Below, piece after piece: positions 18,840 through 27,996 of a DNA stretch of 64,000 nt. The number at the start of each line of letters is the position of its first letter. The first letter of the stretch is position 1. The stretch covers positions 512,001 through 576,000 of the forward strand of contig CAWCRS010000007.1 in NCBI GenBank assembly GCA_963798085.1, read 5' to 3'. A model generated the notes under the pieces. That model saw nothing but the letters and a program-made list of their open reading frames with translations. It searched no databases and was not told the DNA's origin. The translations under genes and the position numbers were made by a program. This DNA comes from an uncultured Gemmatimonadales bacterium. GTDB taxonomy: Bacteria; Gemmatimonadota; Gemmatimonadetes; Longimicrobiales; RSA9.

Positions 18840-21239
18840 ATGGACACGGCAGCGGATCTGCGATACGGCGTGCGACTCCTGCGACGCAATGCCGGCTGGT
18901 CGAGCACGGCAACACTGCTGCTCGCCCTGGGCATTGGCGCCACAACGGCGGTGTTCACCGTGGCCAACGCGCTGTTAATCCAGCCGCTGCCCTGGCCCGA
19001 CCCCGACCGCCTGCTGTTCGTGCACCAGATCGATCCGAAGCAGCACGACGTTGACAACTTCGCGACGCCCAACTTCCTGGACCTGCAGGCGAGCAGCAGC
19101 AGCTTCGCCGCACTGACCGCGTACACGGGCTACTGGGATCCGGTGCTCACCGGGAACGGCGACGCGGAGCGCGTGGATGGCGCGCTGGCCTCACCGCAGT
19201 TCACGGCTGTGTTCGCGGTCGCGCCGGCGCTGGGCACAGGATTCTCGGTGCATGCAGATCAGCCTGGCGCGAATGCGGAAGTGCTGGTCAGTGACGGCTT
19301 CTGGCGCAGCCATCTGAACGCGGATCCCGGCGCGCTGGGCAGAACGCTCGAGCTGAATGGTGCGCCGTTCACCGTGGTGGGCATCATGCCGCGCGGTTTC
19401 CATCCGCCGGGTGAGCTGGACGCACAACTGTGGGGCAATCTTACGCTCAATCCGGCGGGCAACCGCACGGGTCGCAGTCTGCGTGTCATCGGCCGAATGC
19501 AGCCGGGCGGCAGCGAAGCCAGCGCGCGCGCCGAGTTGCACAGCATTGCGGCCACGCTGGAAGCGGCGCACCCCGAGCTGCAGGGTTTCGGCATTTCAGC
19601 GATGTCGCTGCGCAAGTACCTGTTCGGCGGCACGCGCGACGGCCTGATCGCCTTGCTCGGCGCGGCCGGGCTGCTGCTGCTCATCGCGTGCGCGAATCTG
19701 TCGAACCTGCTCATTGCGCGCGGTGCCGCGCGGGCCAGGGAATTCGCCGTGCGCGTGGCGCTGGGCGCCAGCCGCACGCGCATCGTGCGCCAGCTGCTGG
19801 CCGAGGCGCTGCTGCTGGCACTGTGTGGTGGCACCGCCGGCGTGCTGCTGGCCACGTGGAGTACTCGCCTGTTCGTGCTCATGGGCCCCGCGACGCTCCG
19901 CATCCGCGAGGTGGCGGTGGATCCGCGCGTGCTGGCGTTCGCGGCCGTGATGGCGGGCGGCGCCGCGCTGGTCGCGAGTCTGGCGCCGGCGCTGGGCGCG
20001 TTGCGCACCGATGTGCGCAGTGTACTGGCCGAAGCGACACGCGGCACCACCAGCGGCGGCGGCCTGCGGCTGCGCGCCCTCTCCACCATCTTCCAGGTGG
20101 CACTGTCCCTCGTGCTCATGGCAGCCGCGGGCCTGCTGATCCGCACCTTCGCCGCGTTGCAAACGGTCGACCCGGGCCTCGACCCGCAGAACGTGCTGAC
20201 GCTGTCGATCCATCTCACGCCGGCTTCCTACGCCGCGCCCGCCGCGGCGCGCGCGCGCTACGAGGCGCTGGTGGCGGAGACGGCGGGGCTGCCGGGCGTG
20301 GCGTCAGCGGGGCTGGTAAGCGTGGTGCCCTTCAGCGACGACTACGACCGCACCGGCTTCGCGGCGGCCGGACAGAGCTACGCCACCCCCGCGGACGAGC
20401 CCACGGCCGACCGCTACGTGGTAACACCTGGTTATCGGGACGCGGCAGGGCTGCGCCTGCTGCGCGGCCGTTTCTTCATGGATGCCGACCGCGCGGCCGC
20501 ACAGCCGGTGGTGGTGATCGATGAAGACCTGGCGCGCACGGTATGGCCCGGTGAAGATGCGCTGGGCCGGCAGATCATCATGCCCGCGGACACATTGCTG
20601 CGCACCATTGTGGGCATCGTCGCACCCGTGAAGCAGTACGGTCTCTCGGTCGCGGGCAGAGGCGCACTGTATCTGCCGCTGGGCCAGTACGCGCGCCGCT
20701 ACGAGAGCCTGGTGCTGCGCACGACGGGCGGCGATCCATTGGCGCAGGTGGAATCGGTGCGTCGTGTGGTACGCGAGCAGGATCCCGCGCTCGCGGTGTC
20801 GGACATCGCCACGCTGCGCTCGCTCATGTCGGACGCCGAATCGTCGCGTCGCTTCCTGCTGGCGCTGCTGGGCGCGTTCGCGCTGATCGCGCTGACCACA
20901 TCGTCCATTGGCCTGTACGGCGTACTCTCCTTCACGGTGTCGCTGCGGGCGAGGGAGATCGGGGTGCGGCTGGCGCTGGGCGCACGCACCGCGGATGTGC
21001 TGCGCATGGTGCTGGGCGAAGGCCTGGCGCTCGCGGCGTGCGGCGTCGTGCTGGGTGTGGTGGGCGGTGTCGTGGCGGCGCGTACGCTGGCTGCGCAGCT
21101 GTACGGTGTGAGTGCGACCGACGTGCCGACATTCCTGGGCGCGGCCGCACTGCTGCTCATCGTCGCCATCGTGGCGTCTGCCGTGCCGGCGGCGCGGGCC
21201 GCGCGCGTGCCCCCGCTGCGCGCGCTGGGTCAGTCGTAG
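18840..21239 (+). CDS. ADOP/MacB-type ABC permease (no prefix domain)
   Basis: DLRYGVRLLRR, GIGATTAVF, IACANLSNLLIAR, EIGVRLALGA. Confidence 0.93.
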   Translation: MDTAADLRYGVRLLRRNAGWSSTATLLLALGIGATTAVFTVANALLIQPLPWPDPDRLLFVHQIDPKQHDVDNFATPNFLDLQASSSSFAALTAYTGYWDPVLTGNGDAERVDGALASPQFTAVFAVAPALGTGFSVHADQPGANAEVLVSDGFWRSHLNADPGALGRTLELNGAPFTVVGIMPRGFHPPGELDAQLWGNLTLNPAGNRTGRSLRVIGRMQPGGSEASARAELHSIAATLEAAHPELQGFGISAMSLRKYLFGGTRDGLIALLGAAGLLLLIACANLSNLLIARGAARAREFAVRVALGASRTRIVRQLLAEALLLALCGGTAGVLLATWSTRLFVLMGPATLRIREVAVDPRVLAFAAVMAGGAALVASLAPALGALRTDVRSVLAEATRGTTSGGGLRLRALSTIFQVALSLVLMAAAGLLIRTFAALQTVDPGLDPQNVLTLSIHLTPASYAAPAAARARYEALVAETAGLPGVASAGLVSVVPFSDDYDRTGFAAAGQSYATPADEPTADRYVVTPGYRDAAGLRLLRGRFFMDADRAAAQPVVVIDEDLARTVWPGEDALGRQIIMPADTLLRTIVGIVAPVKQYGLSVAGRGALYLPLGQYARRYESLVLRTTGGDPLAQVESVRRVVREQDPALAVSDIATLRSLMSDAESSRRFLLALLGAFALIALTTSSIGLYGVLSFTVSLRAREIGVRLALGARTADVLRMVLGEGLALAACGVVLGVVGGVVAARTLAAQLYGVSATDVPTFLGAAALLLIVAIVASAVPAARAARVPPLRALGQS

Positions 21240-21325
21240 CGCAGCGCGGTCGCGGCCCGTATTCATTGGGCCGGGTCCGGCGAAAACGGGAACCGGCAGG
21301 AGCCGGTCGATCGGCGGCCCGAGGG

Positions 21326-22066
21326 GTGCCGATCCTGTTCCAGAACCTGCAGCAGGCACTGCCGCGCCCAGGTGTGGCGTTGCTGGTCGCGGCGCTCGCA
21401 TTGTGCAGCGCGCTGCTGCTGGGCGCGCTGGCCGGCTGGCTGCGCGTGAGCCGCAAGGTGGCCGCACCCTACACGCGGAAACTCTTCCACATCGGTATCT
21501 TCAGCCTTGCGGCCGGGGTCCAGGTGGCATGGGGCGCCCCGGCCGTGTTCGTGTACGGTGGTGTGGTGGCGATGGTTGTGCTGTTCGCGGTCTGGCGGGG
21601 CAATGGCACCGCGTTGTACGAAGCACTGGCCCGGCCGACGGACGCGCCACACCGCACCCTGTTCGTGGTGGTGCCGTTGCTGACGACGGCGCTCGGCGGC
21701 GTGATCGTCAATCTGCTGTTTCATCGCGTGGCCTGGATCGGCTACCTGGTCGCGGGCTGGGGCGATGCGCTGGGTGAGCCCGCAGGCACACGCTGGGGGC
21801 GCCATCGCTTCCGTGTGCCCTCGCTCGCGGGTGTGCGCGCGACGCGCAGCCTTGAAGGCAGCACCGCCGTGCTGCTGGGCGGCGCGACGGCGGCGGCCGC
21901 AGGACTGCTGGCAACGGGTCACGCGCTGCCGGGCGCATTGATCACGGCGCTCGCCGCGGGTACCGCCGGCGCCATTGTGGAGGCGGTGAGCACACACGGG
22001 CTGGACAATCTGACCGTACAGGTGGCGGCAGCCGCGGCGGCCTACCTGCTCATAGGCGGGACGTGA
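21326..22066 (+). CDS. CTP-dependent dolichol/phytol kinase-like membrane protein (cytidylyltransferase family)
   Basis: Polytopic; RKLFHI, GWGDALGEPAG, RSLEGS and DNLTV motifs. GTG start uncertain. Confidence 0.75.
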   Translation: MPILFQNLQQALPRPGVALLVAALALCSALLLGALAGWLRVSRKVAAPYTRKLFHIGIFSLAAGVQVAWGAPAVFVYGGVVAMVVLFAVWRGNGTALYEALARPTDAPHRTLFVVVPLLTTALGGVIVNLLFHRVAWIGYLVAGWGDALGEPAGTRWGRHRFRVPSLAGVRATRSLEGSTAVLLGGATAAAAGLLATGHALPGALITALAAGTAGAIVEAVSTHGLDNLTVQVAAAAAAYLLIGGT

Positions 22067-22119
22067 GACAACACGGTGCATGCCGCGTCGGTCGTGCGCC
22101 GCATTGAGAGGATCTGAGA

Positions 22120-23487
22120 ATGGCGTCGGACAAGGTACGCGTCCTGGTTGCTGATGACCAGGCAGATGTGCTCGAGGCGCTGCGCCTCCTGCTGAAGGCG
22201 GAAGAATACACGGTCGAGACAGTGGCATCGCCGGCGGCCGCGCTGGCCGCCATCGAGGAGCGCGATTTCGATGCGCTGATGATGGACCTCAACTACACGC
22301 GCGATACCACGTCAGGCAAGGAAGGCCTCGACCTGCTGAGCGCAGTGCAGAAGCTGGACGCCTCGCTGCCCGTGCTGGTGATGACGGCTTGGGGCAGCAT
22401 CCAGAGCGCGGTGGAAGCCATGCGCAGGGGCGCACGCGATTACATCGAGAAGCCCTGGGATAACGGCCGGTTACTGTCGACGCTGCGCACACACATCGAG
22501 CTGGGCCGCGTGCTGCGCGAGTCGCAGAAGCTGCAGACGGAAAATCAGCTGCTGCGCGGACAGAGCAAGATCGAGATGGTGACGGAATCGCGCGCGATGA
22601 AGAGCGTTCTGAGCATCATCGAACGCGTCGGACCGTCGGAGGCGAACGTCCTGATCACGGGCGAGCACGGCACGGGAAAGGAAGTCGTCGCCCGACTCCT
22701 GCACGCATCCTCGCCCCGCGCCCGCAAGCCGCTGGTCACGGTGAATGCCGGCGGCCTCTCCGAAGGTGTGTTCGAGAGCGAGCTGTTCGGTCACGTGAAG
22801 GGCGCGTTCACCGATGCCAAGGTGGATCGCGTGGGCTACTTCGAGCTGGCGGACGGCGGCACGCTGCTCCTCGATGAGATTGGCAACATGCCGGCCAAGC
22901 AGCAGGCCAAGCTGCTGCGGGCGCTGCAGAGCGGCGAGTTCCAGCGCGTCGGCTCGAGCAAGACGCGGCGCGCCAATGTGCGCGTGATCTCCGCGACCAA
23001 CGTCGACATCCGCCGCGAGCTGACCGATGGCCGCTTCCGCGAAGACCTGCTCTATCGACTGAACACCGTCGAGATCCATCTGCCGCCACTGCGCGACCGG
23101 CACGATGACATCGCCGTCCTCGCCGGGCACTTCCTGCGCCGTCAGCTGGCGCGCTACAACAAGAAGGTCAGCGGCTTCGACCGCGAAGCCATGCAGGCCA
23201 TGATGGAGTACTCGTGGCCGGGCAACGTGCGCGAGCTGGAACACGCCGTGGAGCGCGCGGTGCTCATGGCCCAGAGCGCGCAGATCAAGGCGGATGATCT
23301 CGGGCTGCGCGGCCGCGTCGACGGCGGCTCGCGCCTCGAGGAAATGACACTGGAAGACGCCGAGCAGTACCTCATCCAGAAGGCGCTCGCGCGCTTCGAC
23401 AGCAATGTCAGCCGGGCCGCCGAGGCGCTTGGACTCTCGCGCAGCGCGTTGTATCGGAGGCTTCAGCATTACGGGATTACGGCTTGA
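22120..23487 (+). CDS. Sigma54-dependent response regulator (NtrC family: REC, AAA+, Fis HTH)
   Basis: VADD receiver, GEHGTGKE, ESELFGH, GAFTDA, LDEIG, WPGNVREL, AAEALGLSRSALYRRL. Confidence 0.96.
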   Translation: MASDKVRVLVADDQADVLEALRLLLKAEEYTVETVASPAAALAAIEERDFDALMMDLNYTRDTTSGKEGLDLLSAVQKLDASLPVLVMTAWGSIQSAVEAMRRGARDYIEKPWDNGRLLSTLRTHIELGRVLRESQKLQTENQLLRGQSKIEMVTESRAMKSVLSIIERVGPSEANVLITGEHGTGKEVVARLLHASSPRARKPLVTVNAGGLSEGVFESELFGHVKGAFTDAKVDRVGYFELADGGTLLLDEIGNMPAKQQAKLLRALQSGEFQRVGSSKTRRANVRVISATNVDIRRELTDGRFREDLLYRLNTVEIHLPPLRDRHDDIAVLAGHFLRRQLARYNKKVSGFDREAMQAMMEYSWPGNVRELEHAVERAVLMAQSAQIKADDLGLRGRVDGGSRLEEMTLEDAEQYLIQKALARFDSNVSRAAEALGLSRSALYRRLQHYGITA

Positions 23488-23723
23488 ACCGTTGCTCGGG
23501 CAGGGGCTCGGGCTGGAGCTGGGGAACGGCCTGTACGGATCGAAGGGCGCTGCCGGGGCAGGTCGGGAAATGCCTCGACGGAACGCGCGGGCGTGGCGCG
23601 GGTGAGGTCTCTGGCCCTGATCGAACCGGGAGGTGGTACCTGAATCCGGGGGCGGGTGTCTGAGGTACAAGAAACGGCTGGGCGGGCGGGGTCACGAATC
23701 GCGAAGCGTCGTTCAAGCAGAAG

Positions 23724-25091
23724 ATGGGCACACAATTCCCGACAACAGAAAGCCGCAAGGCGAGGCCACCGATGGCCTACGAGACGCGCGTGTTGATGTT
23801 CGCGCTGCTCGCGGGGATGCCGGGTGCGGCGCTGTCCGTGATTCTGCTCGTGTGGCACGGTTTCGAGCCCAAGGTCCAGTGGACGTTCGGACTGCTCGTG
23901 GTGGGGCTGTGGCTGGGATTTGCGTTCACGCTGCGCGATCGCGTGGTGCGGCCGCTGCAGACGCTTTCCAACCTGCTGGCCGCGCTGCTCGAGGGGGACT
24001 ACTCCATCCGTTCGCGCGGGGCGACGACGCAGGATGCACTGGGTCTCGCGATGCTCGAGGTGAACGCGCTGGGTCAGACACTGCGCGAGCAGCGCCTGGG
24101 CGCGCTCGAGGCCACGGCGCTGCTGCGCAAGGTCATGGACGAAATCGACGTCGCCATTTTCGCGTTCGACGCGGAAGGCAAGCTGCGCGTGGTGAACCAC
24201 GCGGGCGAGAATCTGCTGGGCCAGGCGGCGGAGCGCATGCGCGGCCGCACGGCGAAAGCGCTGGACCTGGAAGAATTCCTCGAAGGCGAGCCGCAGCGCA
24301 TCTTCGACGGCGCCTTTGCGGGCGCGACGCGCGGTCGCTGGGAGATCCGGCGTTCGCAGTTCCGGCAGGGCGGATTGCCGCACCAGCTGCTCGTCATTTC
24401 CGACGTGAGCCGCACGCTGCGTGAGGAAGAGCTGGCCGCGTGGCAGCGGCTGATCCGCGTGCTCTCGCACGAAATCAACAACTCGTTAGCACCCATCAAG
24501 TCCATTGCCGGCAGCCTGCGTTCACTGCTGGCGAGACCGGAACGACCGCGCGATGCCGATGAAGATCTGCTGCGCGGTCTCGATGTCATAGCCGGGCGAT
24601 CCGATGCACTGTCCCGCTTCATGCAGTCGTACGCCCGCCTGGCGCGCCTGCCCGCGCCCCGCCTGGCGCTGCTGGACGTGGGCACGTGGATCCGCCGCGT
24701 CGTCAGTCTGGAGACACGGCTGCCGGTGGCCGTCGAGAACGGGCCCGCCATCAGCATCAACGCCGATGGCGACCAGCTGGATCAGCTGCTCATCAACCTG
24801 GTGCGCAACGCGGTGGACGCATCCCTCGAGACGGGCGGCGGCGTGCGCGTGGGCTGGCACCGCGACAACGGCCACGTCGATGTGTGGATCCGCGACGAAG
24901 GGCCGGGCCTGGCCGACACGGCCAACCTCTTCGTGCCGTTCTTCACCACCAAGCCCAATGGCAGCGGCATCGGGCTGGCGCTCAGCCGCCAGATCACGGA
25001 GGCGCACCGCGGCTCGCTGACGCTGGAGAATGCGGACAAGCCGCGCGGCTGCGTGGCCCGTCTGCGCCTGCCCGTCAAACCCGCGCCCTGA
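23724..25091 (+). CDS. Membrane sensor histidine kinase with PAS domain
   Basis: Two TMs, SHEINNSL H-box, NLVRNA, DEGPG, PFFTTK, GSGIGL. Start may be ATG 23772. Confidence 0.93.
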   Translation: MGTQFPTTESRKARPPMAYETRVLMFALLAGMPGAALSVILLVWHGFEPKVQWTFGLLVVGLWLGFAFTLRDRVVRPLQTLSNLLAALLEGDYSIRSRGATTQDALGLAMLEVNALGQTLREQRLGALEATALLRKVMDEIDVAIFAFDAEGKLRVVNHAGENLLGQAAERMRGRTAKALDLEEFLEGEPQRIFDGAFAGATRGRWEIRRSQFRQGGLPHQLLVISDVSRTLREEELAAWQRLIRVLSHEINNSLAPIKSIAGSLRSLLARPERPRDADEDLLRGLDVIAGRSDALSRFMQSYARLARLPAPRLALLDVGTWIRRVVSLETRLPVAVENGPAISINADGDQLDQLLINLVRNAVDASLETGGGVRVGWHRDNGHVDVWIRDEGPGLADTANLFVPFFTTKPNGSGIGLALSRQITEAHRGSLTLENADKPRGCVARLRLPVKPAP

Positions 25092-25130
25092 GCGCGACGC
25101 ACTGACACACCATTATCACGCGAGTGGACC

Positions 25131-25739
25131 ATGGGAAGGGAAGCGCAATGCGCGGCGGAATTCGATGCCTTTCAGGGCGAGGGCAAGGTTCAACTCGAGA
25201 CCGATGAGCTGATCTTCCGCGGCGCGCAGCGTCTGGTCGTGCCGCGCGCCGATATCACGTCCGCCATCGCGCAGGACGGCTGGCTGGAGATTGCGCACGC
25301 GGGCGGGCGGGCGCGCTTCCGCGTGGGCGCCTCCGCCAATCGCTGGGCGCACGACATCCTCCACCCGAAATCGCTGATCGACAAGCTGGATGTGAAGCTG
25401 GACATGCACGTGGCCGTGCTGGGCATCGAGGAGGGCACGTTTCTCGAGCCGCTGCGCGCGCGCGCCGCGAGGGTCGACACACGACTGGGCCGCGGTCCGT
25501 ACCACCTGATCTTCATGGTTGCCGACACACCGCGCGCGCTGGAACGGCTGCCGACGCTGCGCTCGCGTCTCGACTCTGCCGGCGGTGTGTGGCTGGTCAC
25601 GCCGCGCGGTGTGCCCGCACTTGGCCACGACCCCATCGTGGCCGCGGCCCGTACCGCCGGACTCGTCGATGTCAAAGCCGCGCGCTTTTCCGACACACAC
25701 ACGGCGCTCAAACTGGTCATCCCCCTCCGCGACCGCTGA
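25131..25739 (+). CDS. Hypothetical protein with DUF3052-like C-terminus
   Basis: Fills the gap between genes; GGVWLVTPRG...AGLVDVKAARFSDTHTALKLVIP resembles DUF3052. Confidence 0.65.
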   Translation: MGREAQCAAEFDAFQGEGKVQLETDELIFRGAQRLVVPRADITSAIAQDGWLEIAHAGGRARFRVGASANRWAHDILHPKSLIDKLDVKLDMHVAVLGIEEGTFLEPLRARAARVDTRLGRGPYHLIFMVADTPRALERLPTLRSRLDSAGGVWLVTPRGVPALGHDPIVAAARTAGLVDVKAARFSDTHTALKLVIPLRDR

Positions 25740-26348
25740 TTGTCAAACCTCGGCGGCGGCACCGGCATCCTATCCACGAGCCGGCCGTCTCATGAGGCAA
25801 AACGGGAGAAGGTACGACTGAGCGTGGGTCCAGGTGCGGACCTGGTGAGTCGCGCCAGGACCGGCGACCGCGATGCTTTCGACGCGCTCTACGCCGAGCA
25901 CGTCGGGCACGTCTACGCCGTGTGCCTGCGCATGACCGCGGACCCGGAACGCGCCACACAACTCACGCAGGACGCATTCGTCCTGGCATGGCGGGGATTG
26001 CCCGCTTTCCGCGGCGACAGCGCATTCTCCTCGTGGCTGCACCGGCTCGCCGTGAACGCGGTGCTCGAGGATGCCCGCCGCGAGAAGCGACGGGAAGCGC
26101 GCGTCACTTTCAGCAGCGACTTGAGCGAGAGCGATGCCATCGCGAGCAGTGGCAACGCGGATGCGCGCATGGATCTCGAGCGGGCCATCGCCACGCTGCC
26201 CGACGGCGCCCGACGCGTTCTCGTGCTGTATGACATTGAAGGCTGGCCCCAGGAGCAGATCGCAGACATGCTGGGCGTCGCCGTCGGCACGGTAAAGGCG
26301 CAGCTGCACCGCGCGCGGCGGCTGCTGCGGGAAAGGCTCTCGCGATGA
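25740..26348 (+). CDS. ECF RNA polymerase sigma factor
   Basis: GDRDAFDALY, FSSWLHRLAVN, EIADMLGVAVGTVKAQLHRAR. Start may be GTG 25824. Confidence 0.93.
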   Translation: MSNLGGGTGILSTSRPSHEAKREKVRLSVGPGADLVSRARTGDRDAFDALYAEHVGHVYAVCLRMTADPERATQLTQDAFVLAWRGLPAFRGDSAFSSWLHRLAVNAVLEDARREKRREARVTFSSDLSESDAIASSGNADARMDLERAIATLPDGARRVLVLYDIEGWPQEQIADMLGVAVGTVKAQLHRARRLLRERLSR

Positions 26349-26998
26349 GCGAGCACATCGACAACGATCGGCTGCAGGATGCCGTGGACGGACAGCTGGA
26401 TCCGGCTGCTGTCGCTGCCATCGAACAGCACACGGCTGTGTGCGACGAATGCCGTTCCGCGTTCGCGTCGCTGCGCCGGCTGCGCGGCGAGCTGCAGTCA
26501 CTGCCCCGCGCCATCACGCCGCCACGCGACCTGCGCGCCGGCATCTGGCAGCGTGTCGACCGTGACGACGGGGCCGTGATCCCATTGCGCCCGGCGGGGC
26601 GCGTGCCTCCGCGACGCTGGCTGCTGGCCGCGGCGGCGGTCGCGCTGATGGCGCTGTCTTCCGCCGCCACCTTTGTGGTCATGGAACTGCGGGGCGGTGG
26701 CGCCAGCGACCCGGCCGCCGCCGCGCAGCTCGCGTCCACGCAGGCGCTGGAAGCGCGCTACGTGACGGCCACCAGCGAGCTGGAGAAGGTGGTGCAGGAA
26801 CAGAGGGCGCAGCTTTCCCCCACCACCGTGCGGCTGCTCGAGGAAAACCTGCGCATCATTGATCGCGCGCTGGCCGAGGCGAGACAGGCGCTGCAGAGCG
26901 ATCCCGGCAACACCAGCCTCTCACGCATGCTGCTGGCCGTGTACGAGAAAAAGCTCGACCTGCTGCGCAGCGCCACTCAGGGCAATGCGGGGATCTGA
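26345..26998 (+). CDS. Zinc-finger (HxxxCxxC) anti-sigma factor
   Basis: HTAVCDEC, one TM, helical C-terminus; ATGA overlap with the sigma gene. Confidence 0.88.
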   Translation: MSEHIDNDRLQDAVDGQLDPAAVAAIEQHTAVCDECRSAFASLRRLRGELQSLPRAITPPRDLRAGIWQRVDRDDGAVIPLRPAGRVPPRRWLLAAAAVALMALSSAATFVVMELRGGGASDPAAAAQLASTQALEARYVTATSELEKVVQEQRAQLSPTTVRLLEENLRIIDRALAEARQALQSDPGNTSLSRMLLAVYEKKLDLLRSATQGNAGI

Positions 26999-26999
26999 A

Positions 27000-27929
27000 A
27001 TGCAACGGCACACCAGCCCCGAACCTCGCCGCGCGACGTTGCTGACACGGCTGTCAGCAATGGCGGCTCTGCTCGCACTGGTGCTGTTGCCATTGGCAGC
27101 GCGCGCGCAGCGTACCATCGACCGGCGCTTCGCCGTCCTGCCGACGGTTTCCCTGCGCGTCTACAACCTGGCGGGCTCAGTGAAGATCACGGGCTGGGAC
27201 CGCGACACGGTGACCGTCAGCGGCCAGGTGAACGACACGAAGGGCGCCGAATTCTTCATGGGCTTCGGCACCGCGGGTGGCAAGCTGGGCATCTGGTCGG
27301 AAACGCCCACCGACGTGAAACCGTCCAGCCTCGAGCTGCGTGTGCCGAAGGGCGCCCAGGTCTGGGTCAAGACGGCCAGCGCCGACGTCATTGTCACCGA
27401 TGTCACCGGCGGCGTCGACATCAATTCCGTCACCGGCCGCATCACGGTACACGGTGCCCCGTCCGAGCTGTACGCCGAAACCATGGGCGGCAATGTGGAC
27501 GTCGATGCCGCTACACGCTTTGCCCGCCTGAAGACAGCGAGCGGCGACATCCACGTGCGCGGCGCCATCGAGGACATTACGACGACCACCGTGAGCGGTG
27601 CGCTGACCATAGAAGGCGATCACTTCGTGCGCGGCAGCTTCGAGTCGGTGGATGGCAACATCCGCTACCTCGGTGACGTGGCGAGGGAGAGCGCACTCGA
27701 GTTCATCAACCACAGTGGCGACGTCGAGTTTCTGCTGCCGGCCGGCACATTGGCAGACTTCTCCATCAGCACGTACTACGGCAGCTTCGACGATCACTAC
27801 GGCGTGCAGCCGAAGTACGGGGGCAACAAGCTGAAGGGCAGGGAAATCAGCTTCAGCACGGGCGGTGGCGGCGGTCAGGTCACGGTGCGCAACTTCAAGG
27901 GCAAGGTGATCCTGCGGCGCCGGAGCTGA
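27000..27929 (+). CDS. DUF4097/adhesin-like beta-strand repeat protein
   Basis: Signal peptide; repeats KTASADV, NSVTGRI, KTASGDI, TTVSGAL. Confidence 0.85.
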   Translation: MQRHTSPEPRRATLLTRLSAMAALLALVLLPLAARAQRTIDRRFAVLPTVSLRVYNLAGSVKITGWDRDTVTVSGQVNDTKGAEFFMGFGTAGGKLGIWSETPTDVKPSSLELRVPKGAQVWVKTASADVIVTDVTGGVDINSVTGRITVHGAPSELYAETMGGNVDVDAATRFARLKTASGDIHVRGAIEDITTTTVSGALTIEGDHFVRGSFESVDGNIRYLGDVARESALEFINHSGDVEFLLPAGTLADFSISTYYGSFDDHYGVQPKYGGNKLKGREISFSTGGGGGQVTVRNFKGKVILRRRS

Positions 27930-27996
27930 CGGCGGCATCGTCGGGTTCGGTGGGATCCACTAACGGCACTGTTTGGGCACCGGCGGCGCCCGCGCC

